Assembly: GCA_020632095.1 (NCBI GenBank)
Contig: JACKGF010000001.1
Location: forward strand, 866,713-930,712
DNA: 64,000 nt
From: Candidatus Nomurabacteria bacterium
Lineage (GTDB): Bacteria; Patescibacteriota; Minisyncoccia; Phycocordibacterales; UBA918
Direction: 5' to 3'
Shown: positions 48,162 through 57,927 of the stretch, piece by piece
Layout of the letters: every line of letters begins with the position of its first letter
Position numbering within the stretch: the stretch's first letter is position 1
Translations under genes and position numbers: made by a program
Notes under the pieces: model-generated
The model's database searches: none
The model's input: only the letters and a program-made list of their open reading frames with translations
What the model was told of the DNA's origin: nothing

Positions 48162-49352
48162 ATGGCAAATGCATATGATCGCTCAAAGCCGCACATTAAC
48201 GTAGGAACTATTGGTCACGTTGACCACGGTAAAACTACTTTGACTGCCGCAATTCTAACTACGCTTAACGCGAAGGGAGGAGGATATTCAGCTAGCGTTA
48301 AAGACGTTGGTGAAATTGACAAGGCCCCAGAAGAAAAAGCTCGTGGAATCACTATTTCGCTTTCACACTCAGAGTACGAAACTCCATTACGACACTACGC
48401 ACACATTGATGCGCCAGGTCACGCTGACTACATTAAGAACATGATTACTGGTGCTGCCCAGATGGACGGTGCTGTACTTGTGGTGGCTGCAACAGATGGA
48501 GCAATGCCACAAACACGTGAACACGTTCTACTTGCAAAGCAGGTTGGTGTACCACAAATGATCGTATTCCTAAACAAGTGCGACATGGTGGATGATCCAG
48601 AAATGATTGAACTAGTTGAAGAAGAACTACGAGAAATGCTAACTCATGGTGGTTACGATGGTGCCAACGCCCCAATCATCAAGGGTTCAGGTCTAAAGGC
48701 TCTTGAAGGTGATGCTGAATATCAAGCAAAGGTACTTGAGCTAGTTGATGCGATGGATACATATTTCCCAACACCTGTTCGCGATATGGACAAGCCATTC
48801 CTTATGCCTGTAGAAGACATCTTCTCAATTGAAGGACGAGGAACAGTGGTAACTGGTCGTGTAGAACGAGGAGCTGTAAAGGTAGGTGAAGAAATCGAAA
48901 TCGTCGGTATCAAGCCAACTACTACTACAACTGTAACTGGAGTAGAGATGTTCAATAAGCAATTGGATCGAGCACAGGCTGGAGACAACGCTGGAATTCT
49001 ACTACGAGGTACTAAGAAGGAAGACGTGCACCGAGGTCAAGTTCTAGCTAAGAAGGGTTCTGTAACTCCTCATACTGAATTTGAAGCTGAAGTATACGTT
49101 CTATCAAAAGATGAAGGAGGTCGTCACACACCATTCTTCTCAGGTTACAAACCACAGTTCTATGTTCGAACTACTGACGTAACTGGAGACGTGACTCTAG
49201 CTGAAGGTACTGAAATGGTTATGCCTGGAGATACTGCAACTTTCAAGGTGAAGCTTGTAGCTCCAGTAGCTATGGAAGAACAAACAAACTTTGCGATTCG
49301 TGAAGGAGGTAAGACTGTAGGAGCGGGTGTTGTAACTAAGATTGTCGCGTAA
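48162..49352 (+). CDS. tuf: Elongation factor Tu
   Basis: [15 protein letters not shown] and NKCD motifs; 396 aa. Confidence 0.95.
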   Translation: MANAYDRSKPHINVGTIGHVDHGKTTLTAAILTTLNAKGGGYSASVKDVGEIDKAPEEKARGITISLSHSEYETPLRHYAHIDAPGHADYIKNMITGAAQMDGAVLVVAATDGAMPQTREHVLLAKQVGVPQMIVFLNKCDMVDDPEMIELVEEELREMLTHGGYDGANAPIIKGSGLKALEGDAEYQAKVLELVDAMDTYFPTPVRDMDKPFLMPVEDIFSIEGRGTVVTGRVERGAVKVGEEIEIVGIKPTTTTTVTGVEMFNKQLDRAQAGDNAGILLRGTKKEDVHRGQVLAKKGSVTPHTEFEAEVYVLSKDEGGRHTPFFSGYKPQFYVRTTDVTGDVTLAEGTEMVMPGDTATFKVKLVAPVAMEEQTNFAIREGGKTVGAGVVTKIVA

Positions 49353-49372
49353 CAAATTTGTTAGCACTTCAT

Positions 49373-49453
49373 CTGCTTTGTCAGACTACGAAAATTTTTC
49401 CTCACCGTACGAAAAGTACGTCTCGAAAAAATTTCCTTGTCCTCCTCGCATAT
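49373..49453 (+). repeat. Intergenic element copy B (CTGCTTTGTCAGACTACG – CGTAC-gaaaa-GTACG – CCTTGTCCTCCTCGCATAT)
   Basis: Near-identical boxes to copy A. Confidence 0.5.
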
Positions 49454-49500
49454 AAAGCACTACCAAGCTTTGTTTAAAAGGATAGAGTAAGAAGTACAAC

Positions 49501-49863
49501 TTGAAATATATTATGGCTACAGACACTACATCAACAGGCGACAACGCAACAGGCGTGATAAACAAGCTGCGTATTCGAGTGCGTGCCTACGAGCACAAAA
49601 TTCTGGATGCGTCAGTGAAGCAGATCACAGATACTGCGATGCGTTTCGACGCAAAGGTGGTTGGACCGATTCCGCTTCCGACTGAAATTAAGAAATATAC
49701 CGTGAACCGTTCAACTTTCGTGCACAAGGACGCGCGAGAACAGTTTGAAATGCGAACTCACAAGCGAGTAATCGACATTCTCAATCCGAGTCCTAAAGTG
49801 GTAGAGGCTCTCACGAACCTCTCGCTCCCGTCAGGAGTCAACATCGATGTGAAGATGATGTAG
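49501..49863 (+). CDS. rpsJ: 30S ribosomal protein S10 (N-terminal extension; real start may be 49513)
   Basis: …[15 protein letters not shown]…[10 protein letters not shown]… matches S10. Confidence 0.9.
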   Translation: MKYIMATDTTSTGDNATGVINKLRIRVRAYEHKILDASVKQITDTAMRFDAKVVGPIPLPTEIKKYTVNRSTFVHKDAREQFEMRTHKRVIDILNPSPKVVEALTNLSLPSGVNIDVKMM

Positions 49864-49891
49864 ATCTTTTGCCAAAACGAGCGAATTACTT

Positions 49892-49966
49892 CGTTGCACT
49901 GGCAGAATGAAACATTCATCGTACATCAGTACGCTTCACGTTCCATTCTTGGTGCGTCTCGTACTT
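49892..49966 (+). repeat. Intergenic element copy D (box – CGTAC-atca-GTACG – CTTGGTGCGTCTCGTACT)
   Basis: Same tripartite layout, immediately after rpsJ. Confidence 0.45.
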
Positions 49967-50002
49967 CATCTCGTTTAGACAAAAGGTACACTGTGTGCCA
50001 AA

Positions 50003-50034
50003 ACACAAAACCCGCCGTAAGGCGGGTTTTGTGT
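50003..50034 (+). terminator. Rho-independent terminator after rpsJ
   Basis: ACACAAAACCCGCC-gtaa-GGCGGGTTTTGTGT forms a 14-bp stem including its U-tract. Confidence 0.65.
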
Positions 50035-50504
50035 TAGGTGGTTAGGTAGATATTTTGGGTGATTGGTATAAATTTAAATGGTTACCTAAAAGTTATCCAC
50101 AGTAGGATACTTGCGTGATTTTCGTGAGAAGGCATAATATTTAAACAGCAAGGAGGGCAGGTTCCATTAGGAACCTGCCCTCTCTCTGTTGTAAAGTCGC
50201 CAAGCTTTGAACAAAAGTAAGGTGACAAAATTGAGAAGCTGTTCTTTACAAATAGTTCTTTGCAACTTAACAAAATATAAAAATATGAGTGAATCAATTT
50301 CAACTCTAACAACCGAGGGAGTAACTCAAACAAGCAATAAGCAGTCTGTATTCCAGTCTGAAAACGCTTGGATGGTTCAATGTCTTAGTTTAGCAACAAT
50401 AGGTTTGTTAACCTATATACACATCGCACCGATGGTATACGCTGCTCACTAAAATAGCCTCTATTTGTTACAAAAGTCGTACACATGGTACGGCTTTTTT
50501 GCAT

Positions 50505-50695
50505 GAACAAATACCCAAAGGGTATATTGTGAATGTATATTGCTAGAAAATAATGACTGAAAGGAATATATTTTCTGTATGCTGTGCACAAGAATTTTGC
50601 TGGAAAATAATGAGCGAAGCGAATATATTTTCTGTATGCAGAGCTTTTTGCCTTAGGCAAATTCTGATTCAGTGAACAAATACCCAAAGGGTATA
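50505..50695. repeat. Nested direct-repeat block: 22-bp DR (GAACAAATACCCAAAGGGTATA) ×2 flanking a 42-bp tandem DR ×2
   Basis: DR1 at 50505-50526 and 50674-50695; DR2 at 50541-50582 and 50598-50639, each with a GAAAATA/TATTTTC stem. Confidence 0.5.
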
Positions 50696-50758
50696 CTTAA
50701 TCTACTCTAAATCGATCACAATATTGAGTTAACTTCTAGACATGTATCCTTGAAAATA

Positions 50759-51049
50759 TTATTTTCTATAAATTATAAATTGAGTAACCACCACCCACGA
50801 AATTATCGCACCAAGAGTCATAGGGATTATTAGGACGAAGTCTTTTTGTACAAAGCCATATAAGCTCCAGAAGGAATATGAAATGGCGAGTAAGGAAAAG
50901 TAGAATACTGAAAGTCCCTCAACACTTTTCCTTTGGTAATTTTTGTATGATTGAGAAGTAAGTCCTAGTCCCGTAACAGCTAGAGAAAGGATGATAGTGA
51001 AGATTTTTATAGTTAGCATGTGTTGTATAACATATTCAGTTGAATTCAA
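50759..51049 (-). CDS. Small 3-TM membrane protein, possibly PQ-loop/SemiSWEET-like
   Basis: 96 aa with three hydrophobic helices and a TSQ…KSVEGLS segment resembling PQ-loop motifs; this is weak. Confidence 0.35.
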   Translation of the reverse strand: MNSTEYVIQHMLTIKIFTIILSLAVTGLGLTSQSYKNYQRKSVEGLSVFYFSLLAISYSFWSLYGFVQKDFVLIIPMTLGAIISWVVVTQFIIYRK

Positions 51050-51114
51050 GTTACTTATTTAGTGTAATTTTCGTGCGACAAACCATTAAATTAAGTCATG
51101 GTAATATATTTTGA

Positions 51115-52254
51115 ATGACAAAACACAAAATTATATTATCTTTCATTTTAACTATTCTTGTTTTAACCATATTTTCTTCTAATAAGACTGAAAAACCGAA
51201 GAATGATAATTTGGTTGATAATGATGTTATTGCACAGGAAATGCAGGAGACCGACACTAATGGTCAGAGCAAGACTAATTTACCTGTTATTCCGTCAGGA
51301 AATCGAGTTTTAGGAATTTCAGTAACAGAAGGAGAGGTAGGTTTTGAAAAATCATATGTGAAAGCAAAAGAGACTGGAGCCACTTTAGTAACATTTGCAC
51401 TTGCTTGGGATGATATTGAAAAAAGTGAAGGTAAATTTGAAAATGTTTGGTTGAAAATAGCAAATTCATATTATGACAGAAAAGTTCCTATAAGTTTGGA
51501 GGTTAATCCAATTGATACAAATAATTTGCGCGTTCCGAAATATTTGAAAGGAAAAAATTTTTCGAGCGATGAATTAAAAAACTCGTATAAGAAAACTATT
51601 GAATATGTAGCGGGTGAGACATCTAATTTAAATATTAAATATTTTGTTATTGGGAATGAGGTGGGCGCATATCTGACAGACAAAACTATGACTTGGGATG
51701 AATATATTGATTTTCTACAAGCGGTTATACCGGTAGCAAAAAGTTTTTTCCCTAACGCTCAGGTCGGGGTTAAAGTTCAGTTTGTTAATGTCCTTTCTGG
51801 AGAAGTAAAAAAGCTAAATTCCTTAACTGACGCAGTGTTTGTTACTCATTATATGCTTGAAGGAGATTTTGGAAATTTGTCAGTTAGAGAGCCAGAAAAA
51901 GTATTTAAGGATTTTGGCTTATTAACAACTGCTTATGTCGATAAGAAGATTGCTTTTTTAGAGCTTGGTTACCCAAGTAGTGCAAAGTTGGGTAGTTCGG
52001 AGGAGTTACAGTCCGAATTTGTTAAGGAGGTGTTCATGGCTTGGGATTTTTATAAGGATTCTATCCAGACTATTAATTTTTTCAGTCTGCATGATTTTAC
52101 ATTTAGTGATGTTAAAAAATTTACATCTTACTACGGATTCAAAAACAGTCATTTTGCTGAGTTTTTGGGTTCTTTAGGGTTTCTGTATGCTGACGGTAAA
52201 CCAAAAGTTGCATTCGAAACTTTGAAAAAAGAAGCTGAGGCAAGAGGTTTTTAG
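51115..52254 (+). CDS. Secreted clan GH-A (TIM-barrel) glycoside hydrolase
   Basis: Signal peptide, VIGNEVG (acid/base NEP motif) and FLELGYPSS (candidate nucleophile Glu). Confidence 0.55.
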   Translation: MTKHKIILSFILTILVLTIFSSNKTEKPKNDNLVDNDVIAQEMQETDTNGQSKTNLPVIPSGNRVLGISVTEGEVGFEKSYVKAKETGATLVTFALAWDDIEKSEGKFENVWLKIANSYYDRKVPISLEVNPIDTNNLRVPKYLKGKNFSSDELKNSYKKTIEYVAGETSNLNIKYFVIGNEVGAYLTDKTMTWDEYIDFLQAVIPVAKSFFPNAQVGVKVQFVNVLSGEVKKLNSLTDAVFVTHYMLEGDFGNLSVREPEKVFKDFGLLTTAYVDKKIAFLELGYPSSAKLGSSEELQSEFVKEVFMAWDFYKDSIQTINFFSLHDFTFSDVKKFTSYYGFKNSHFAEFLGSLGFLYADGKPKVAFETLKKEAEARGF

Positions 52255-52354
52255 GGCACAAACCTTGCGGTTTATGGAAAAATCAGTATACTATCGCCAG
52301 CTTTAAAAGACCTATGTACGGATGTGAGTTTACTCACGTACGGACCAATGGGCA

Positions 52355-52416
52355 CAAACCGCGCGGATTTTCTGTATGCGAGCTTGTGCTCGCGCTTAGA
52401 AAATTCGCGCGGTTTG
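52355..52416 (+). promoter_or_regulatory. Structured leader upstream of rplC (candidate L4-type autoregulatory or attenuator structure)
   Basis: 18-bp inverted repeat CAAACCGCGCGGATTTTC / GAAAATTCGCGCGGTTTG enclosing the GCGAGC-ttgt-GCTCGC hairpin. Confidence 0.35.
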
Positions 52417-52480
52417 TTGTATGGGTCTAGATTGCATTCGCAATTTGCAAAGCTAAGTTATTAGATTAGGTTCATACGAA

Positions 52481-53104
52481 ATGAAATTTATCGTTGGAAC
52501 AAAAACCGGCATGACACAGGTCTTCAGTAAGGAAGGAGTATGTCTTGCGGCAACTGTTCTCAAAGTTCAACCTGCGACTGTGTCACAGGTGAAGACGACT
52601 GAGATTGATGGCTACAATGCCGTACAGCTTGCCTCCGGTTCACAAAAGGAACATCGAGTCAGTAAGGCGACCAAGGGTCACTTCGGCGGCGCGATTTCTC
52701 TCGCTCGAGAGTTTCGTCCTCGCACTGGTGAAGAGGCTCAAATCGCTGGAGTGGAAAAAGGTAACAAACTAGATGTTACGACTTTCGCACCGGGTGATGA
52801 CATTTCAGTCTCAGCCATCTCGAAAGGTAAAGGATTCCAAGGAGTAGTGAAGCGACACGGTTTTGCCGGAGGTCGCCGATCGCACGGTCAGAAACACTCT
52901 GAACGTGAACCAGGATCAATTGGAGCAACTGGTCTTGCTCGTGTTATCAAAGGCACACGCATGGCTGGTCGAATGGGTAGCGATAAGGTTACCATTAAAG
53001 GTTTGAAGGTGTTGCAGGTAAACGTTGATGAAAATATCATCGTGGTATCTGGAGCCGTCCCCGGTCGAAAAGGAACATTAGTCGAGATTTATAGCGCCCA
53101 ATAA
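52481..53104 (+). CDS. rplC: 50S ribosomal protein L3
   Basis: L3 signature region (…GKGFQGVVKRHGF…GGRMGSDKVT…). Confidence 0.95.
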   Translation: MKFIVGTKTGMTQVFSKEGVCLAATVLKVQPATVSQVKTTEIDGYNAVQLASGSQKEHRVSKATKGHFGGAISLAREFRPRTGEEAQIAGVEKGNKLDVTTFAPGDDISVSAISKGKGFQGVVKRHGFAGGRRSHGQKHSEREPGSIGATGLARVIKGTRMAGRMGSDKVTIKGLKVLQVNVDENIIVVSGAVPGRKGTLVEIYSAQ

Positions 53105-53114
53105 TCACATATAT

Positions 53115-53798
53115 ATGAATGCAAAAATCTATACACGTGAAGGAGCTGAATCAGGCAGTGTAACGCTACCCGAGACAGTATTTGGTGTCGCTTGGAACCA
53201 AGACCTTGTTCACGAAGTGGTGGTTGGTATGCAAGCTAATGCCCGAGCGGGTACAGCTAATACTAAGGATCGAAGTGAAGTAAGAGGTGGTGGTAGAAAG
53301 CCATGGAAGCAAAAGGGAACAGGACGAGCGCGACACGGTTCACGACGAAGTCCAATCTGGACTGGTGGTGGAGTAACCTTTGGTCCTCGCAGCGAAAAAG
53401 ATTTTTCTGTGAAGATTAACAAGAAGGTCCGAGTCAAAGCTCTAGCGACTGTACTTTCAAAGAAGTTTGTTGATCAAGAAATTATCTTTGTTGATTCGTT
53501 AAAGATGGACGAACCAAAGACCAAAGAAGTAAAAGCAGTAATTGCTGCTCTGGCTAAATTGGCTGGTCATGAATCTCTAGCTACCAAGCGAAAGAACGCA
53601 GCAGTTGTGATTCTGGCCGAACGAGACTTGGCTACTGAAAAAAGTTTCCGTAACTTTGGAAACATTGAAGTAATTCAAGCTAAGGACGTTAATCCAGTTG
53701 ATCTATTAACTTATAAGTATGTTGTGGTTGCAGATGCCAAGAGTTCAGTTGAAGTTCTTGAAAATCGTATTGCACCTGTAGCAACTAAGTCAAATTAG
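53115..53798 (+). CDS. rplD: 50S ribosomal protein L4
   Basis: L4 family sequence (…GTGRARHGSRRSPIWTGGGVTFGP…). Confidence 0.95.
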   Translation: MNAKIYTREGAESGSVTLPETVFGVAWNQDLVHEVVVGMQANARAGTANTKDRSEVRGGGRKPWKQKGTGRARHGSRRSPIWTGGGVTFGPRSEKDFSVKINKKVRVKALATVLSKKFVDQEIIFVDSLKMDEPKTKEVKAVIAALAKLAGHESLATKRKNAAVVILAERDLATEKSFRNFGNIEVIQAKDVNPVDLLTYKYVVVADAKSSVEVLENRIAPVATKSN

Positions 53799-53799
53799 T

Positions 53800-54177
53800 A
53801 TGGCTCTCTTCAGTCTTAAAAAAGAAACTCCGAAAGAGAACGCGGCTGATGCTCCAAAGGTAAAAGTGAACGTGTCAAAAGCACTAGTAACTGACCGGAA
53901 CATCTCTGCTGTCATCGAACGACCACGTATTACTGAGAAATCAGTTAAACTAAGTGAGCAAAATGTATACACCTTTACGGTGAAGCGAAACGCTACTAAG
54001 TTTTCGGTCCGAGATGCAGTAATAGCGCTCTACAACGTGACGCCGGTGAAGGTAAACATCGTCAATAAAAAACCTGCGAAACGCCTAGTTGGCAGTCGGA
54101 ATCGTGTGAAGCACGCCCCGGGTGTAAAGAAGGCTTACGTATATCTTAAAAAAGGTGACACCATTAATCTTGTCTAG
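53800..54177 (+). CDS. rplW: 50S ribosomal protein L23 (N-terminal extension)
   Basis: The L23 core …VIERPRITEKS…YTFTV…ATK…AV… is present; position between rplD and rplB. Confidence 0.9.
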   Translation: MALFSLKKETPKENAADAPKVKVNVSKALVTDRNISAVIERPRITEKSVKLSEQNVYTFTVKRNATKFSVRDAVIALYNVTPVKVNIVNKKPAKRLVGSRNRVKHAPGVKKAYVYLKKGDTINLV

Positions 54178-54180
54178 TAT

Positions 54181-55059
54181 ATGAAAAAATACAAACCAAC
54201 ATCTGCTGGACGACGAGATGGCTCAGTCGTCGAGTATAAGAAAAAATTGACCAGTACTCAAAGCGAACCACTTAAGTCTTTGACTAAAGGAAAGAAAAGT
54301 ACTGGTGGACGAAATAGTGACGGACGAATTACTGCCCTCAACCGTGGTGGTGGAAACAAAAGAACCTATCGTCTAATTGATTTCAAGTACAATAAAAAAG
54401 ATGTTCCTGCTAAAGTGGAGTCGGTTGAATACGACCCAAACCGTACAGGTTTCATTGCTTTGATTTGTTACTTAGATGGAGAACGACGATATATTCTAGC
54501 TCCCGAACAATTGAAGCAAGGGGATGAAATTATTGTTTCTGAAAAAGCGAAAGTAAAGCCAGGGAACCGACTTCCACTTAACAAGATTCCTGTTGGAACA
54601 ACTGTATATAATGTTGAAATCAATCCAGGAGCAGGATCTAGATTAGGCCGCTCAGCTGGTTGCTCGATTGAAGTGGTAGCGCAAGATGCTCAACATACTT
54701 CACTCAAGCTTCCCTCAACTGAAGTGCGAAAGGTACAAAATACCGCTTGGGCTTCTGTTGGTTCAGTATCAAATGATGAACATCGTTTGGTAAGTATCGG
54801 AAAGGCTGGACGCGCTAGACACATGGGTCTGCGACCAAAAGTACGAGGTACAGCTAAAAACGCTGTCGATCACCCACATGGAGGAGGTGAAGGACGTTCT
54901 CCACGAGGACACCGACGACAACGAACCAAGCAAGGACGACCAACCGGAAAGGGTCAAAAGACCAGGTCACCAAAGAAGTACTCAAACAAGATGATTGTCT
55001 TGCGTCGAAAGCTTGGAAAAGTTATGGGCGGACAACGACAGAGTCTTCCGAAGAAATAA
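54181..55059 (+). CDS. rplB: 50S ribosomal protein L2
   Basis: …DHPHGGGEGRSP…GKGQKTRS… is diagnostic for L2. Confidence 0.95.
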   Translation: MKKYKPTSAGRRDGSVVEYKKKLTSTQSEPLKSLTKGKKSTGGRNSDGRITALNRGGGNKRTYRLIDFKYNKKDVPAKVESVEYDPNRTGFIALICYLDGERRYILAPEQLKQGDEIIVSEKAKVKPGNRLPLNKIPVGTTVYNVEINPGAGSRLGRSAGCSIEVVAQDAQHTSLKLPSTEVRKVQNTAWASVGSVSNDEHRLVSIGKAGRARHMGLRPKVRGTAKNAVDHPHGGGEGRSPRGHRRQRTKQGRPTGKGQKTRSPKKYSNKMIVLRRKLGKVMGGQRQSLPKK

Positions 55060-55083
55060 ATCTAACAAGTGCATTAAAGCAAC

Positions 55084-55116
55084 AAAAAACCACTGGCCTT
55101 GGCCAGTGGTTTTTGT
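55084..55116 (+). terminator. Rho-independent terminator directly after rplB
   Basis: AAAAAACCACTGGCC-tt-GGCCAGTGGTTTTTG. Confidence 0.65.
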
Positions 55117-55205
55117 TGTATAAGATACAGGATACTTTCTTAGAAGGGGTGCTTTTAAAATTTGATATAGTGATACAATAGACCCAATTATTAATATCAA
55201 GTTTT

Positions 55206-56663
55206 ATGTTTATGAAATCCTTTGGTTTTACTCAATCGACACATTATTTTATTGGCCTAGTTATTTTGTCTACGTTATTGGCGATACCGTCGGTTTCAGC
55301 AGCTCAAACCGCAAACGAGTGTTCATTTTCTCGGACGCTTGAAGATGGAGTAGATGGTGAGGATGTTCGCTGTCTGCAAAAGTACCTAAACGATAATGGC
55401 TTTGTGATTGCTGAGAGTGGGCCGGGTGCGGTTGGTCACGAAACAAACCTTTTTCGAACTCTTACTAAAGAAGCAGTAGTAAAGTGGCAGAAAGCCAAGA
55501 ATGTAAATCCAGCTAGTGGTGTGTTTGGCCCACAATCACAAGCGGCTTATTTGTTGGATTTAATTGCAAAGATTGAAGGTAAAAAAGCTGATACAGTGGC
55601 TGTTGCTACCGCTCCGACCCCAGCTCCACAAGTAGCCGGTATCTCTACTAGCGCTATAGACGAAAATAAAAACAAGGGTGAATCTATTCTTAAAGATGCA
55701 TTTAAAATGATGCGTGACGCAGAAAAGCAAGTTGATGACCTTGATGATGAGAGTAAGCTAGCTAAGCTAAATAAAAATTTAACTGATGCAAGAATAGATT
55801 TGTATGACGCTCTAGAAAGTTTTTTCGACGAGGATTACAAAAATGCTTATGCTAGTGGTCAAGATGCACTTGATGCTGCAAGTAAGGTGTTTGAAAAGGC
55901 TGGCGGGGAGACATATGAGAGTAAGGCGGATGATGTCCTTAGTGATGTGACTGATTTACTTGAGGATGTACAAGGTTTGTATTCAGATGCTAAAGACAAC
56001 AAAGCTGATGTAGGTGACTCTAAGAAAATGATCAGTGAGGCCGAAGATTTGTTAAATGATGCCCAAGATGAATTTGATAAACGTGGCTACAAGCAGGCTA
56101 TTAGTGATGCTCTAGATGCTGAAGAAATTCTCAATGACGCCAAAGACGAAATTGATTTTGTTGGCGAAAAAGATGTTGAAGGTTATATAGAAGAGGTCCG
56201 CAATGAACTTGATGACGCTGAAGATGAAATCAATGACGCGGATGATGATGGCGAAGATGTGGATGACGCCTGGGATTTGTTTAAAGATGCTGAAAAGAAA
56301 TTAAACAAGGCTGATCTGGCTATAGATGATGAAGAATATCTAGATGCACAGAATTACGCCGAAGACGCTCAGGATCTAATAGATGAAGCTTTGGATTCAA
56401 TTAGTGGTTCAAGTAGTGGTGATGAGAAGAAGGCAAAAAAAGCTGTTGCAAATGCCTGGGATGATTATGATGATGCAAAAAATGATATTAGTGATGCCGA
56501 AGACGATGGTGACAATATGGACGATGCTTGGGATTTGCTCAAGGATGCTAAGAAAAAACTAAACAAAGCTGACGATTCATACGATGATGAAGAATATCAA
56601 GATGCTCTTGATTACGTTGATGATGCAGAGGACTTGATTGATGAGGCGTTGGATGAGTTGTAG
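55206..56663 (+). CDS. Secreted peptidoglycan-binding-domain protein with a long acidic (Asp/Glu-rich) tandem-repeat region
   Basis: Signal peptide, a PG_binding_1-like segment (…DGEDVRCLQKYLNDNGF…), then two ~65-aa near-identical acidic repeats (…DDAWDLxKDAxKKLNKAD…DDEEYxDAxxYxxDAxDLIDEALD…). Confidence 0.6.
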   Translation: MFMKSFGFTQSTHYFIGLVILSTLLAIPSVSAAQTANECSFSRTLEDGVDGEDVRCLQKYLNDNGFVIAESGPGAVGHETNLFRTLTKEAVVKWQKAKNVNPASGVFGPQSQAAYLLDLIAKIEGKKADTVAVATAPTPAPQVAGISTSAIDENKNKGESILKDAFKMMRDAEKQVDDLDDESKLAKLNKNLTDARIDLYDALESFFDEDYKNAYASGQDALDAASKVFEKAGGETYESKADDVLSDVTDLLEDVQGLYSDAKDNKADVGDSKKMISEAEDLLNDAQDEFDKRGYKQAISDALDAEEILNDAKDEIDFVGEKDVEGYIEEVRNELDDAEDEINDADDDGEDVDDAWDLFKDAEKKLNKADLAIDDEEYLDAQNYAEDAQDLIDEALDSISGSSSGDEKKAKKAVANAWDDYDDAKNDISDAEDDGDNMDDAWDLLKDAKKKLNKADDSYDDEEYQDALDYVDDAEDLIDEALDEL

Positions 56664-56678
56664 GAAGGGAAGGTAACC

Positions 56679-56716
56679 AAAAAGTCGGTAGTTCGCAAAG
56701 CGAACGGCCGACTTTT
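56679..56716. terminator. Bidirectional terminator
   Basis: AGTCGGTAGTTCGC-aaa-GCGAACGGCCGACT followed by TTTTT. Confidence 0.55.
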
Positions 56717-56718
56717 TG

Positions 56719-57036
56719 CTACACGCCCGGCAAACGCTCCCTTTCCTTAAACACAAATTCCCGGAGTGATTTTGCTTTCTTTAACTCATTAATGATTATT
56801 GTTGGGTTTTCTATGTGAACAGCTACTTTCTGGACGCTCTGTCCAGTGATGATGAGTTCGCAGCCAGCTGGGGTGTAGACAATGGTTACAAACCGATGGC
56901 CGTTTTTATTACGGCTAGTGGTTTTGATTTCGCCGGGGGCAATCATTTTCACCCCAGCAATTTTCTCCACCACCTGCACCACTAAATCAGCTGTTTCGGT
57001 GAGGGTGGTGTGTTCATGACCGCGGGGTTTTGGCAT
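56719..57036 (-). CDS. Hypothetical protein (105 aa)
   Basis: ORF with plausible spacing; no motif recognised. Confidence 0.4.
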   Translation of the reverse strand: MPKPRGHEHTTLTETADLVVQVVEKIAGVKMIAPGEIKTTSRNKNGHRFVTIVYTPAGCELIITGQSVQKVAVHIENPTIIINELKKAKSLREFVFKERERLPGV

Positions 57037-57124
57037 ACTGATAGGGTAGCATATTTGTTGCTAGTGTATGTAAAATAATAAAGGCAACCCGAAGGTTGCC
57101 TTGTGGCCGGCTTTTAACTGTGGT

Positions 57125-57427
57125 TCATTTCGTCTTGGCCGGTATTCTGAAGTTGGCAATCGTCATACCGGTTAGGTTTTGTCGATAAGGTAAATTGAGT
57201 TTGAATCTGCTCGCTATATTCTTGAGGAGACTCTCAATATCGAACGCTGCCAGTTCTGAATCCGGCGGAAAGCCGATTTCTACTTCAACGCCAGCAGTCT
57301 TATTTGTCGTGTATAGCTGGTAATTCTGAAACCTCCCTTTTCTCCGCAAGTTGAACCATCTTGTAATAAGGTCGGCTAGAGAAGGCCTGACTTTTTTCGG
57401 TCGCTGCTCCGTATTTTCTCGCGTCAC
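57125..57427 (-). CDS. Hypothetical basic protein (100 aa)
   Basis: ORF only. Confidence 0.35.
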   Translation of the reverse strand: MTRENTEQRPKKVRPSLADLITRWFNLRRKGRFQNYQLYTTNKTAGVEVEIGFPPDSELAAFDIESLLKNIASRFKLNLPYRQNLTGMTIANFRIPAKTK

Positions 57428-57590
57428 TTTTCGTCCTTTTTTATATGGTTAACTAAAGAACATAACACCCCTAAACCATTTCAAGGGTCTGCGTAATATA
57501 CAACAAATATTCTTTGCAATCCACAATAATTTTTTGGATAAGACTGAGTAATGGATGTGATGTGGGTGTTTTTGAGGTGTACGATATACA

Positions 57591-57613
57591 AAAAAGCGAC
57601 CCTTAGGGTCGCT
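57591..57613 (-). terminator. Terminator for the minus-strand gene ending at 57646
   Basis: On the minus strand, GCGACCC-taa-GGGTCGC is followed by TTTTTT. Confidence 0.5.
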
Positions 57614-57645
57614 CTCTAAGTCCTTTTCGGACTAGGTGTTGGTAA

Positions 57646-57927
57646 TTACTGCTGGTGACGCAATAAGCAGACAGCAGCTTTAGGTGTTATGGTCATGTAC
57701 TCGATCGTGGTACCATTTACTTTACTGCAGAGTACCCTGATCATTCCTGTTTCTTCTTCGTTAAGTTGCTCTCCTTCTTGATGGGTGAAGCGGATGAGTG
57801 TTGCTCCGTGTCTTCCCATAGTTTTAAACTGTAAGTAAGGATAATCCCTAACTAACTTTCTCTCAATCTGATCAAAAGTTTTTGGTTCAACAAATCTTGT
57901 TTTCACAAGCACGTTTCCTTCAGACAT
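57646..57927 (-). CDS. Hypothetical protein (93 aa)
   Basis: ORF with a downstream terminator; no motif recognised. Confidence 0.4.
   Translation of the reverse strand: MSEGNVLVKTRFVEPKTFDQIERKLVRDYPYLQFKTMGRHGATLIRFTHQEGEQLNEEETGMIRVLCSKVNGTTIEYMTITPKAAVCLLRHQQ

Noticed and set aside
50505-50695. CRISPR array
   Set aside because: Only two copies of each repeat, with unequal spacing. The repeats are internally palindromic at the AT-rich stems in an un-CRISPR-like way. No cas genes are present in the window.
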